NCBI GenBank assembly: GCA_001785735.1
Contig: MFUP01000014.1
Coordinates: 1-56,554 of the forward strand
Origin: Candidatus Nomurabacteria bacterium RIFCSPLOWO2_01_FULL_33_24
GTDB lineage: Bacteria > Patescibacteriota > Minisyncoccia > Phycocordibacterales > MFUP01
Length of the DNA: 56,554 bases
Reading direction: 5' to 3'
The notes beneath the pieces were generated by a model. That model had not been told where the DNA came from. It did not search any database and saw only the letters and a program-made list of their open reading frames with translations. Made by a program: the position numbers and the translations under genes. This document shows, piece after piece, positions 19,613-29,138 of this stretch; positions within the stretch are counted from its first letter, which is position 1, and every line of letters begins with the position of its first letter.

Positions 19613-20450
19613 AAAATTAGTCGGTGGAATAGTTGCTGGATTAATGGCTTTTAGTTTTTTATCACCAATGTTTGTTCTTGCCGAAGGTGAGACTCCTCAA
19701 AAAATAAGAGGGGAGGAAAGTTCTGAGGTAAAAACAACTTCAATTACCGAACAAAGAAAAGTTGATTTCTGTGAAAATTTTTCAGCTACCAGAGAGAAAA
19801 TAAATAATAGAATTTCTTCTCGAGATAGTGAGTTTAAGGAAAAGAAGGATGAAAGAAAATCAGAAAGAGACCAAAAGTGGGGAGAAAGACGCAATAAATT
19901 AGATGAGAAGAGAGATGAGATAAACTCTAGATTAGAAGATTATTTTTCCGCCTTAGAAAAAAAAGCTAAAACCGGTGAAGAAAAAGAGTCCGTAAACAAT
20001 TTCAAAACAGCAGTCAAAGAAGCTATTACTGTTCGTCATGAAGCAATAAAAACTGCTATTGAAGAATATAGGATTGGAGTAGAGGAAATTATTATCAACA
20101 GAAAAACTTCCAATGAAGAAATGATTTCTTCTTTTAAGAGTGCTGTTGAAAAAGCCAATGCTCAAGCTAAAATTGATTGTGATAATGGAATAGCTCCTTC
20201 AGAAATTAAAGCTGATCTCAAAGAAGCTTTAGAAAATGCCAAGGAACAACTTCATCAAGTTAAGGATTCAAGTGATGATATTAAAGAAGCCATTCATGTT
20301 TTGATTGAAGCCAAAAAATTATCTATTGAAAAAGCTCAAGAAATTTTTGAAGAAGCAATGAAAATAGCCAAAGAAAAATTTAAGGCTACTCTTCTAAAGA
20401 ATGACAAGGAAGATGATGATAGTAATGAAACAACTAACGAAGAAAACTAG
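19593..20450 (+). CDS. secreted Lys/Glu-rich coiled-coil protein
   Basis: Signal-like MMKMIFKKLVGGIVAGLMAFSFLSPMFVLAEG, then charged helical sequence. The start is chosen at the first ATG (19593); the track gives TTG at 19581. Confidence 0.5.
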   Translation: MMKMIFKKLVGGIVAGLMAFSFLSPMFVLAEGETPQKIRGEESSEVKTTSITEQRKVDFCENFSATREKINNRISSRDSEFKEKKDERKSERDQKWGERRNKLDEKRDEINSRLEDYFSALEKKAKTGEEKESVNNFKTAVKEAITVRHEAIKTAIEEYRIGVEEIIINRKTSNEEMISSFKSAVEKANAQAKIDCDNGIAPSEIKADLKEALENAKEQLHQVKDSSDDIKEAIHVLIEAKKLSIEKAQEIFEEAMKIAKEKFKATLLKNDKEDDDSNETTNEEN

Positions 20451-20475
20451 AAATAATTTGTTTCACAAACTATTT

Positions 20476-20509
20476 AAAAATAAGCTCCATGTTAATGGAG
20501 CTTATTTTT
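20476..20509 (+). terminator. rho-independent terminator
   Basis: aaaaataagctccat / atggagcttattttt with loop gtta and a T-run, directly after the 20450 stop. Confidence 0.7.
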
Positions 20510-20532
20510 AAAATATGAAACATTTATAAATA

Positions 20533-20561
20533 AAAAGCCTAGTTATCATAACTAGGCTTTT
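20533..20561 (-). terminator. rho-independent terminator of the prs-like gene
   Basis: aaaagcctagtt / aactaggctttt hairpin 19 nt past the minus-strand stop, followed by U-rich sequence on the minus strand. Confidence 0.65.
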
Positions 20562-20579
20562 AAATTTAGGGAGAGATCT

Positions 20580-21635
20580 TTATTTGGATTTTGCTTCTTG
20601 TTCAGTATCAAACATAATGTTTAATAGTTCTGAAGCAATAACTGCTGACATAAAGACATCAGTTATTTTACCTCCTGTCCTTTTTTCATAAGGACGAGGA
20701 ATAGTGTTTCCAAAAAATATTCTTGAAAAAGGAGTTTCGTCAATAAATTTTCTTTTCCAACCTGATACACAAACCGGATGAGTAGCACAAAAAATAATAT
20801 CTCTTGCTTTCTTTTTTTTTAAATCTGACCCAGTTAGTTTAGCTGTCCCCCCCGTAGAAAGTTCATCCTCGATGATAACCACAGTTGAATCTTTAATTAA
20901 TTCATCTGTGGCTAATAAAAGCTGGCAACCATATTTTTTACTAATGGTTTTTACTTTTTCTTTGCTGTTGATTATGACTGTTTCCCCTTCATGTTTCCTA
21001 TTTTTCAAACTAAGAATAACTTCTACCCCTAATATTTTAGCCACATTGATTGCCCTAATAACCGAGCCTTCGTCAGGCGAGAAGATATAAAATTTTTGTC
21101 CCTGCTTTTTGGTTATGTGCAAAATTGGCTTAAGGCGGTCAGCAAAAGGACCGGCGCCAGAAACATTAAATGCTTCAATTCCTGCTTCTTTACAGTTTTC
21201 TAAAGTCGCCTTAGAGTGAATATCTAATAACAATAATTTATCAATTCCATTTTTTTTCATCTCATAACAAGCTCTTCGGTTTCTGTTAATTTCGTTTTTT
21301 TTATTCCCTTGATCTTGTCGACGATAATGCATAAATGGCTGAACAGCAATTATTGTTTTTGCTTCATATTGATATTTTATTGCCCAGCTTAATTCCAAAA
21401 ACTGGTTCCATAAATGATCTGAATAGGTGCTTTCAAGTAAAACAACAATTTTGTTTTTTAATTCGCCGTAATTCTCAATTCTGCGATCAGATTCTCCGTC
21501 AGGGAAATCATCAAAATTAATATTGAAAAATTTAAAATTAGTTCCAGCGGTATCATTTATCCAGGCAATAACATGCTTGTCTAAGTCATGATTACCGGTA
21601 CCACCGACAATAGCAAACTTTGATTGAGTAATCAT
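20580..21635 (-). CDS. ribose-phosphate pyrophosphokinase (PRPP synthetase) family protein
   Basis: Family pattern: FPDGESDRRIE, PFMHYRRQD, LLLLDIHS, FSPDEGSVIRA, and the PRPP-binding loop VVIIEDELSTGGT. Confidence 0.6.
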   Translation of the reverse strand: MITQSKFAIVGGTGNHDLDKHVIAWINDTAGTNFKFFNINFDDFPDGESDRRIENYGELKNKIVVLLESTYSDHLWNQFLELSWAIKYQYEAKTIIAVQPFMHYRRQDQGNKKNEINRNRRACYEMKKNGIDKLLLLDIHSKATLENCKEAGIEAFNVSGAGPFADRLKPILHITKKQGQKFYIFSPDEGSVIRAINVAKILGVEVILSLKNRKHEGETVIINSKEKVKTISKKYGCQLLLATDELIKDSTVVIIEDELSTGGTAKLTGSDLKKKKARDIIFCATHPVCVSGWKRKFIDETPFSRIFFGNTIPRPYEKRTGGKITDVFMSAVIASELLNIMFDTEQEAKSK

Positions 21636-21840
21636 TTTTTTCCTTTTTAAATTTAAAAAACATATTTTCTAAGTTTACCCTATCTCTTTTCATATTAATT
21701 GTCAACTTTTCAAAAATGATTAGGTAATCTTCTAACTACTTCTAACTATGTTCAATTAAGTATTTTTGGTGTTCCATAAGAACACTATGGGAACACCAAA
21801 TGTTTACATCTAGTGTTTTTATGATAAACTAGTGAACATT

Positions 21841-22884
21841 ATGAAAACAGAAATAAAAGAACTAGAGAACAGCGAGATAGAGATAGTTGGAGAAATTCCA
21901 ATAGGGGATCTTGATAAGTATCAAAAAGAGGCGCTAAAAAAATTAGGAGAAAATACTAAGATGCCAGGATTTAGAAAAGGACATATTCCTGAAAATATTT
22001 TAATTAAACAAATTGGAGATCAAAAATTATTAGAAGAAACTGCTCAAGTAGCTTTAAAAAAAACATATCCCGAAATTATTAAAAAAAATAAAATTGAAGC
22101 TATCGGCCTACCGGAAATAACTATTACCAAAATTGCCAAAGGAAATCCTTTGGGTTTCAAAATAAAAACTGCCATTATCCCCAAAATAGAAATACCCAAC
22201 CATAGAAAAATAGCCAAAGAGATTGGTTCTCCTTCAGAGAAGATAGAAATAAAAGTTGATGAAAAAGAAATAGAGAATACAATTCTCCAAATTAGAAAAA
22301 TGAGAGCCCAAACCTCAACACCCTCCAATGATGGGAAAACTAAAGAAGATATCCCCGAACTAGATGATGAGTTTGTCAGATTATTGGGTAATTTTAAAGA
22401 TGTTAAAGATTTTAGAGAAAAACTTAAAGAAAATATAAAAGTAGAAAAACGGTTGAAGATCCGAGACAAAAATAGATTGAAGATTATGGAAAAAATAATT
22501 GAAGAAACAAAAATTGAACTTCCTCGAATTTTAATTGATATTGAAATTAATAAAATGATACACCAACTTAAACATGATCTTTCTCATGCCGGAATGGAGC
22601 TTGAAGATTATCTAAAAAATATTAAAAAAACAGAAGAGGATATCAGAAAAGAATGGACAGAGGATGCCAAAAAGAGATCTAAGCTTCAATTAATTGCTTA
22701 CCAAATTGCTAAAGACGAAGAAATAAAAGTTTCCGAGGAAGAAATACAGAAACAAGTTAATTTAATTATGGATACCCACAAAGAAGCGGATCCGGACCGC
22801 GCCCGAGCTTATATAGAAAATGTTCTCACTAATGAAAAAGTTTTCCAACTTTTAGAAAACCAGGCACTAGAAAACCAAAAATAG
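21841..22884 (+). CDS. tig: trigger factor, apparently lacking the FKBP/PPIase domain
   Basis: The N-terminal ribosome-binding domain has GFRKGHIP. The C-terminal arm domain follows directly after the linker. ATG 21841 is preferred over the track's GTG 21832. Confidence 0.8.
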   Translation: MKTEIKELENSEIEIVGEIPIGDLDKYQKEALKKLGENTKMPGFRKGHIPENILIKQIGDQKLLEETAQVALKKTYPEIIKKNKIEAIGLPEITITKIAKGNPLGFKIKTAIIPKIEIPNHRKIAKEIGSPSEKIEIKVDEKEIENTILQIRKMRAQTSTPSNDGKTKEDIPELDDEFVRLLGNFKDVKDFREKLKENIKVEKRLKIRDKNRLKIMEKIIEETKIELPRILIDIEINKMIHQLKHDLSHAGMELEDYLKNIKKTEEDIRKEWTEDAKKRSKLQLIAYQIAKDEEIKVSEEEIQKQVNLIMDTHKEADPDRARAYIENVLTNEKVFQLLENQALENQK

Positions 22885-22902
22885 TTTTGTTATACTACTA
22901 AT

Positions 22903-23514
22903 ATGTTAATACCAACAGTTATAGAAAAAACACAATTTGGGGAACGAGCTTATGATATTTATTCTCGTCTTTTAAAAGAGCGGATTATTTTTCTTGGATC
23001 AGGAATTGATGACAATGTGGCTAATAGTGTTATTGCCCAATTATTATTTTTAGAATCGGAAGATCCTAAAAAAGATATCAGTCTTTATATAAATTCTCCA
23101 GGCGGATCAGTGACAGCCGGCATGGCTATTTACGATACAATGCAACATATTAAACCTGATATTCAAACAATTTGTATTGGCATGGCCGCTTCCATGGGTT
23201 CCATTCTTTTAGCTGGCGGAGCGAAAGGAAAAAGATTCGCTTTACCAAATGCCGATGTTATGATTCACCAAGTTAGTGCTGGCTTCCAGGGGCAAGCTTC
23301 TGATATTGAAAGAAGTGCTAGATATATTCTCAGATTAAAGCAAAAACTGAATGAAATTTTGGCCAAGCATACTGGAAAACCAATATCTAAGATTGAGGAA
23401 GATTCTGATAGGGATTATTTTATGACCGCCGAAGAAGCAAAAAAATATGGCATTATTGATGAAATTATGATAAAAAACTCTTCTTTAAAACCAAAAACTA
23501 AAAACGGGAATTAG
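22903..23514 (+). CDS. clpP: ATP-dependent Clp protease proteolytic subunit
   Basis: [30 protein letters not shown], catalytic GMAASMGS and MIHQ motifs. Confidence 0.95.
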   Translation: MLIPTVIEKTQFGERAYDIYSRLLKERIIFLGSGIDDNVANSVIAQLLFLESEDPKKDISLYINSPGGSVTAGMAIYDTMQHIKPDIQTICIGMAASMGSILLAGGAKGKRFALPNADVMIHQVSAGFQGQASDIERSARYILRLKQKLNEILAKHTGKPISKIEEDSDRDYFMTAEEAKKYGIIDEIMIKNSSLKPKTKNGN

Positions 23515-23760
23515 AAAAAAATGAAAACTGGACTTTTTATTTCTATTTTGCTAAAATGGAATTGTTCGGTTTTATAAAAGTAATTAAACTTCAGGAATAT
23601 ACTTTTTTAGTCTTGATTATCCGTTATTTAATGAATATTAAACTTACAAAATTCGAAAACAAATTTTTCAAAAAAATAACTAATATCTCAAATATTAGGT
23701 CTATTTGGGGATAAAAATTCCAAGACAATTTGGTATGTTCTTGTAAGTACTTAGACACTT

Positions 23761-25287
23761 ATGAGTACAACAACAATTTTACTAACTATAATAGGTTTGG
23801 CAACAGGAATAGGATTAGGTTATTATCTCCGTCTTATAATTTCTCTTGGGAAAAAAGGTTCAATTGAACTTGAAACAAAGAAAATGCTAGTTTCCGCCAA
23901 GGAAAATGCTCAATTTATTTTAGACAAAGCTAAAATTGAAGCGGAAAAACGGGAAAAAGAAATAAATCAGAAAGAGAAAGAAAGAGATTTAGAGTTTAAA
24001 AAAACAGAAGAGCGCCTTATCAAAAAGGAGGGTTTTCTTGATATTCGTCAAGTTGAGATAGGAAAAGAGGTTGAAAATATAAGGATAAAAACAGAGGAGG
24101 TAAAAAAAATACGGGAGGAGACCAAAAAATTGGAAGAAGAAAAACAAAAAGCTCTTGAGAAAGTAGCTAGGTTATCACAAGAAGAAGCAAGGGAAGATCT
24201 TTTTAATCAAGTCCAAAAAAACTCCGAGGAAGATCTCCTTGTTCGAATGCAGAAATTAGAAATTGGTAATTCCGAAAAACTAGACAGACGAGCAAAAGAC
24301 ATTTTAGCTACTTCAATTCAACGACTATCATCTTCTACCGCGGCTGAATTAATGACCACCATTGTTTCTATCCCCTCTGACGACATTAAGGGAAAAATAA
24401 TTGGAAAAGAGGGGAGAAATATTAGAGCTTTTGAAAGAGAAGCGGGGGTTGAATTAATTGTGGATGACACCCCAGAATCAATTATTATTTCTTCTTTTGA
24501 TCCTGTTAGGAGACAAGTGGCTAGGGTAGCTTTAGAAAATCTAATTTTAGATGGAAGAATTCAACCGGCCAAAATTGAGGAGATGGTTGCTAAAGCCAAA
24601 GACGATATAAATAAAATTATAAAAGATAAGGGAGAACAAGCTGTTTTTGAGTGTGGCATTTTAAACCTAGACCCAAGAATTATCGCTATTTTAGGACGAT
24701 TATATTTTAGAACTAGTTATGGACAAAATGTTTTGCAACATTCAATTGAAATGTCTCATATTGCTGGCATGTTGGCCGAAGAACTTGAAGCTGATGTAAA
24801 CATTGCTAAGGCTGGGGCCTTAGTTCATGATATCGGGAAAGCCTTGGATCACGAAGTCCAAGGAACTCATGTTGATATTGGTGTTCGGATTCTTAATAAA
24901 TTTGGAGCTAATGAAAAAATTGTTCAAGCTATGAAATCTCACCATGAAGATTATCCTTATGAAACAATTGAATCAATTATTGTTCAAGTAGCTGACTCAA
25001 TTTCTGGCGGGCGACCAGGAGCCAGAAGAGATACTGCAGAAAATTATTTAAAACGATTAAAAGAATTAGAAACCATTGTTAACGCTTTTGAAGGAGTAGA
25101 AAAATCATTTGCTCTTCAGGCTGGACGAGAAATACGGATTTTTGTTACTCCTGATAAAGTATCCGATATTCAAGCCAAAAGTATGGCTAGGGAAATTGCT
25201 ATTAAAATTGAACAGGATCTTAAATACCCTGGTGAAATTAAGGTAACTCTTATTAGAGAGAATAGAATCACAGATTATGCACGGTAA
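23761..25287 (+). CDS. rny: ribonuclease Y
   Basis: N-terminal TM helix, coiled-coil, KH domain (GKIIGKEGRNIRAFE), and HD domain (HSIEMSHIAGMLA...VHDIGKA). Confidence 0.92.
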   Translation: MSTTTILLTIIGLATGIGLGYYLRLIISLGKKGSIELETKKMLVSAKENAQFILDKAKIEAEKREKEINQKEKERDLEFKKTEERLIKKEGFLDIRQVEIGKEVENIRIKTEEVKKIREETKKLEEEKQKALEKVARLSQEEAREDLFNQVQKNSEEDLLVRMQKLEIGNSEKLDRRAKDILATSIQRLSSSTAAELMTTIVSIPSDDIKGKIIGKEGRNIRAFEREAGVELIVDDTPESIIISSFDPVRRQVARVALENLILDGRIQPAKIEEMVAKAKDDINKIIKDKGEQAVFECGILNLDPRIIAILGRLYFRTSYGQNVLQHSIEMSHIAGMLAEELEADVNIAKAGALVHDIGKALDHEVQGTHVDIGVRILNKFGANEKIVQAMKSHHEDYPYETIESIIVQVADSISGGRPGARRDTAENYLKRLKELETIVNAFEGVEKSFALQAGREIRIFVTPDKVSDIQAKSMAREIAIKIEQDLKYPGEIKVTLIRENRITDYAR

Positions 25288-25347
25288 TCTAATGATCTAA
25301 AAAAGAAAAAGCTAAAAAACAGATTTCCCCAAACAATACTAGATAAG

Positions 25348-25375
25348 TTGCATTGAAATTAGCTTGATATATAAT
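25348..25375 (+). promoter_or_regulatory. sigma70-like promoter candidate upstream of hup (TTGCAT-16 nt-TATAAT)
   Basis: TTGCAT at 25348-25353 and TATAAT at 25370-25375. Confidence 0.3.
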
Positions 25376-25464
25376 AAGGAAATAACTCCTCTTTGTTTAA
25401 AGGGGAATAAATAAGGTAAAAATAAGGTCGAGGTATTACCAAACCTAAATATCTAAAAAATATT

Positions 25465-25737
25465 ATGAACAAACAAGCAATTGCTGATATGGTTCATGGA
25501 CAAATTGGTGGAACTAAAGCTCAAGCGGAAAGGGTTGTTGATGGAATTTTCGACACTATCACCAATACAATAAAAAAAGGAGGGGAGGTTTCTATTGCTG
25601 GTTTTGGAATTTTCTCTTCAAAGAATCGAGCAGCCCGAATGGCTAGAAACCCAAAAACTGGAGCAGCCGTAAGTGTCCCCGCCACTAGAGTTCCAAAATT
25701 TAGAGCTTCCAAGGCCCTGAAAGACGCGGTCAAATAA
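25465..25737 (+). CDS. hup: DNA-binding protein HU
   Basis: 90 aa; GFGIFSSKNRAARMARNPKTGAAVSVPATRVPKFRASKALKDAV is the classic HU/IHF arm. Confidence 0.93.
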   Translation: MNKQAIADMVHGQIGGTKAQAERVVDGIFDTITNTIKKGGEVSIAGFGIFSSKNRAARMARNPKTGAAVSVPATRVPKFRASKALKDAVK

Positions 25738-25850
25738 TAAATTTTTTACTCAACAAAAAACCCCTTATCAGAGGGATTTTTTGTATTTAATAAAATTAAT
25801 AAATAAAAAATAAAATAGGAAAGGGCCCAATAAATTGAGCCCTTTGAATT

Positions 25851-27065
25851 TTAAATTAATCGTCTTAATACCGTTTGATAAAAATCTTTTGGAATTGAAA
25901 TCTCATCCTTAACACAACCATTATTAAATTTATTGATTTTATAATTTTTGCTTCCAAGCCAAATATCTAACAAACTACTGTTACGAATATTCCCATGAAC
26001 TACAAAGCGAGCGGTGTCATTGCCCGGACATCTCCAAACCTCGCCATCGTAATGAATATACAAACCATGAGTTAATTGATTGCAAGGAGCAATTCCTACG
26101 TAAGGAGAAACTTTCTCTTGTTTTAATTCATCAATGGTCTTAGCTTCTTTATTAATGAGAAATAAATAAATTTCTACAGCAAGATCTTTATACTTACGTT
26201 CAAATTCTAGTCCTTGGTGACTTTTGACCAGCTTGTGTCCCTTTCCGCTAACCATTGTGGTTGTAATAAGTACAGGGATATTTCTGTCACATCCCCATTT
26301 GAAAATTTCTGAGACACCATCAATTGTTTCTGGCCCAACCGGACTAGTGATAATAGCCAGTCTTTGTTTTTCCTGGTCACTATTCATTCCAGCTTGACAT
26401 AACCTTTCAATGGCAATGTTTCGAGACTCGTGGTAATTAAAAGCATCACGAAGCTTTGGGGTTTTTGTTGGAATATATTTGTTTTCAATTTCTGAATCAA
26501 AAGAGCGACTACCAACCAAAAAAGTTATATTATTGTAATTTGTTAATTTATTAACAAATTCTTGAGAATTAATACCATGATACATCTGTGATAAAACATC
26601 TGACCCCATAATAGCTCCTTTGGTAAAAATCCCAACAATAATATTCCTTTTTTGCAAATCATCTAAAATTTGGAATAAATTCGGATTTGCCAATAATTCG
26701 CCAGGTCCAAGAAATTTTATTGATTCTAATCCTAATTTAAGACCTTGATCAATAATATTTACAACTTCTGCATAAGTCATAATTGTATTTTTGACTACCG
26801 TATTATTGAAACAACCTGGACATGAATGTGGACAAGGATAATTCTTTGCAAAAACTTTTTTAACATCACTTAAAGAAGAACTGTTAACTATACTAGCAAA
26901 TTTAGAATCGGAAATATTAATGTCTAAAGTTAGAAGCTTTTTAATATCTTTACCATTAATAATAATCTTCTCACCAATACGATTTTTTGGAAAATGCCAA
27001 CCCCAAATAGCGAGCTTTTTGGGAATAAAGTTAACTGGCTGAACATTTGGAAACTTATTTTTCAT
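25851..27065 (-). CDS. radical SAM protein with Cys-containing C-terminal (SPASM/twitch-like) region
   Basis: CX3CX2C motif (CPHSCPGC). C-terminal cysteines in PCNQ...WRCPGN...NNGCV. Confidence 0.7.
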   Translation of the reverse strand: MKNKFPNVQPVNFIPKKLAIWGWHFPKNRIGEKIIINGKDIKKLLTLDINISDSKFASIVNSSSLSDVKKVFAKNYPCPHSCPGCFNNTVVKNTIMTYAEVVNIIDQGLKLGLESIKFLGPGELLANPNLFQILDDLQKRNIIVGIFTKGAIMGSDVLSQMYHGINSQEFVNKLTNYNNITFLVGSRSFDSEIENKYIPTKTPKLRDAFNYHESRNIAIERLCQAGMNSDQEKQRLAIITSPVGPETIDGVSEIFKWGCDRNIPVLITTTMVSGKGHKLVKSHQGLEFERKYKDLAVEIYLFLINKEAKTIDELKQEKVSPYVGIAPCNQLTHGLYIHYDGEVWRCPGNDTARFVVHGNIRNSSLLDIWLGSKNYKINKFNNGCVKDEISIPKDFYQTVLRRLI

Positions 27066-27107
27066 AATTTATATTTTTTGTTATAAAATATTTAAACGAA
27101 CAAGTTA

Positions 27108-27135
27108 TTGACTTATAAATATAATATCTTATAAT
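27108..27135 (+). promoter_or_regulatory. sigma70-like promoter candidate in the divergent rSAM/TrmB intergenic region (TTGACT-16 nt-TATAAT)
   Basis: TTGACT at 27108-27113 and TATAAT at 27130-27135. Confidence 0.3.
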
Positions 27136-27252
27136 GTAAAATATTGTCGGCATATATAAAAAAAGTTATAAAATATACTATAATAATCCTTATTTTATAA
27201 TAAAAAATGTGTTATATATTTTTCCACAACAATATGATATTATAAACAATAT

Positions 27253-28008
27253 ATGATTGAAAAAATCCTAAAACAATTAAATTTCTCGTCAAAAGAAATA
27301 GAAGTTTATTTAATAATAACAAAAATTGACCAAGCCTCAGTATCATTAATATCAAAAGAAACAAATATAAATCGAACTACTATATACGATATTCTGGAAA
27401 ATCTTATGTCAAAAGGTATTGTTTCAAAAATTAAAAAATCAAGTAAATCCTTTTTTTATGCATTACCTCCTAGTAGACTTACTGATTATCTTGAAAGAGA
27501 AAGACGAGAATATAATCTAAAAATAGATATTCAGAAAGAAAGAATAGAAAAAATAATGCCTGAATTAATTTCTTTACAAAATTTGCATTCAAAGAATAAA
27601 CCCAGGGTTCATTTCTTTAGCGGGGAAAAAGGGATGAGGGAAGCCTATGAAGATTCCTTAACGGCTGAAGGAACGATCCGCGCTTATGCAAATGTAGAAG
27701 AAATGCATAAGGGATTGCCTAATTTTTTTCCTGAATATTATAAAAGAAGAACTCAGGCAAATATTCATATCAAAGCGATAATCCCCCAAAATGAGATTTC
27801 AAAAAGTAGAGTGCAAAAAAATAGTGAAGAAATGAGAACAACAAAATTTTTGCCAGAAGAAAAAATGACATTTAGTCCGGAAATTAATATTTATAATGAT
27901 AAAGTTCTTCTTGTTTCTTGGAGGGAATCAATGGCCATCATCATCCAATCAAAAGAATTGGCTGATTTTCATAAATTGACCTATGACCTATTGTGGGATA
28001 ATTTATAA
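27253..28008 (+). CDS. TrmB-family winged-helix transcriptional regulator
   Basis: N-terminal LNFSSKEIEVYLIITKIDQASVSLISKETNINRTTIYDILENLMSKGIVSKIKK matches the TrmB-type HTH pattern. Confidence 0.6.
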   Translation: MIEKILKQLNFSSKEIEVYLIITKIDQASVSLISKETNINRTTIYDILENLMSKGIVSKIKKSSKSFFYALPPSRLTDYLERERREYNLKIDIQKERIEKIMPELISLQNLHSKNKPRVHFFSGEKGMREAYEDSLTAEGTIRAYANVEEMHKGLPNFFPEYYKRRTQANIHIKAIIPQNEISKSRVQKNSEEMRTTKFLPEEKMTFSPEINIYNDKVLLVSWRESMAIIIQSKELADFHKLTYDLLWDNL

Positions 28009-28623
28009 TTTTTTAACACTACAACCCTTGGCTTTGTGGGCATCATTTCTTATTCCTCTCATCCCATAACCGTCAAAATAAAAACCAAGTACTTTTCTGG
28101 TTCCATAAACATTTGAAACGATTGTTCTTCCTTTTGATTTTCTTATTTCTCTAGGAATTCTTACCATCCCTGTGGTTAAATTTCCATCATCGGCTATTTT
28201 ATCAATCATTTCTGCCTCTTTTGTTGAAACACCATCAACAACAAGGGTGGGGATAGCATTGTTTCCTCCAATAAATTCCCAGTGGTAAGTTTTTTTCCAT
28301 TTATTTTTAGGCCAAGCATTTAAATAAGGACCATTCCAACCCTTGGCGGGCCTATTTCCTTTATAAGAAAAATTTCCTGAAACAAACATGGCTGTTTCGC
28401 AGACATCACCCCAATTAGCATCGTAACCGGGAAGCTCTTGGACATCATTAATATACGCGATGATAGCTTGATTCATTTCGCTAGCTTGGGCAATAGTGGC
28501 CACCACTCTTGCTCTTGTCCGGGCAGAATTAAGAGGAATCATTACAATACTAACTAAAAGACTCATTATGGCAATAACGACAAGCAATTCAATTAGGGTA
28601 AATCCCCGCTTATTATTCATCAT
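28003..28623 (-). CDS. type IV pilin / pseudopilin (prepilin N-terminal cleavage-methylation domain)
   Basis: KRGFTLIELLVVIAIMSLLVSIV class-III signal peptide. Confidence 0.85.
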   Translation of the reverse strand: MMNNKRGFTLIELLVVIAIMSLLVSIVMIPLNSARTRARVVATIAQASEMNQAIIAYINDVQELPGYDANWGDVCETAMFVSGNFSYKGNRPAKGWNGPYLNAWPKNKWKKTYHWEFIGGNNAIPTLVVDGVSTKEAEMIDKIADDGNLTTGMVRIPREIRKSKGRTIVSNVYGTRKVLGFYFDGYGMRGIRNDAHKAKGCSVKKL

Positions 28624-28891
28624 ACTCTAAGGTAATCATTTCTGGATTATCATTAATAAACTCTTCGGAATAATACTGATTATCTTTTTGTTGAAACCAG
28701 CCAAAAGAAAGGAAAAAGGCAACAAGAAAACAAAAAACAACCAGCCCGATCAAAAAATAATTTGCCTGTTTTTCATTTTTTATAAAACCACCAAAATGCT
28801 TTAGGACCCATTGGGTCATTTTTGATTCATAAAACCTATTTTCATGTTTTTTAATTTCTGGTTGATTTAAAAATTCAATATCATCAGACAT
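28613..28891 (-). CDS. small membrane protein upstream of the pilin gene
   Basis: 92-aa ORF with one TM helix (YFLIGLVVFCFLVAFFLSFGWF). It overlaps the pilin start by 11 nt. Confidence 0.45.
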   Translation of the reverse strand: MSDDIEFLNQPEIKKHENRFYESKMTQWVLKHFGGFIKNEKQANYFLIGLVVFCFLVAFFLSFGWFQQKDNQYYSEEFINDNPEMITLEYDE

Positions 28892-28921
28892 CGTTTATAT
28901 AATTGAAATTGTAACATGCTA

Positions 28922-29012
28922 TGCAGTATTCTTGAATTAGTCCGAGCGCATTTCGCCGCCTGCGGCGGCGACGGCCAGCCCACCAAAATTTGAGCGGCTT
29001 CGCCGCGCTCTT
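28922..29012. repeat. left terminal inverted repeat of the GC-rich island
   Basis: Positions 28932-29005 match the reverse complement of 30486-30559 with 3 mismatches over 74 nt. Weaker similarity extends to about 91 nt. It contains an internal GC hairpin, cgccgcc-tgc-ggcggcg. Confidence 0.8.
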
Positions 29013-29077
29013 TGACAATTTCAAGTTTTTCTATGAGTTAATCATAACTCATCACAGTAAATTTTCTAGCACCTTTA

Positions 29078-29117
29078 CAAAAAGAAAAAGGGTTCGCCAC
29101 CTTGCGATAGCGAACCC
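29078..29117 (-). terminator. rho-independent terminator of the PurM-like gene
   Basis: On the minus strand, gggttcgc-(12 nt)-gcgaaccc followed by tttttcttttt, 22 nt after the stop. Confidence 0.7.
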
Positions 29118-29138
29118 ATGAGTTTTGGAGTTTGTGAG

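Noticed and set aside
25751-25785. Possible terminator hairpin right after hup (aaaaaacccctta..agggatttttt)
   Set aside because: The stem is only about 4-5 bp with mismatches, too weak to call. The aaagggc/gcccttt hairpin at 25820-25845 is a slightly better but still modest candidate.
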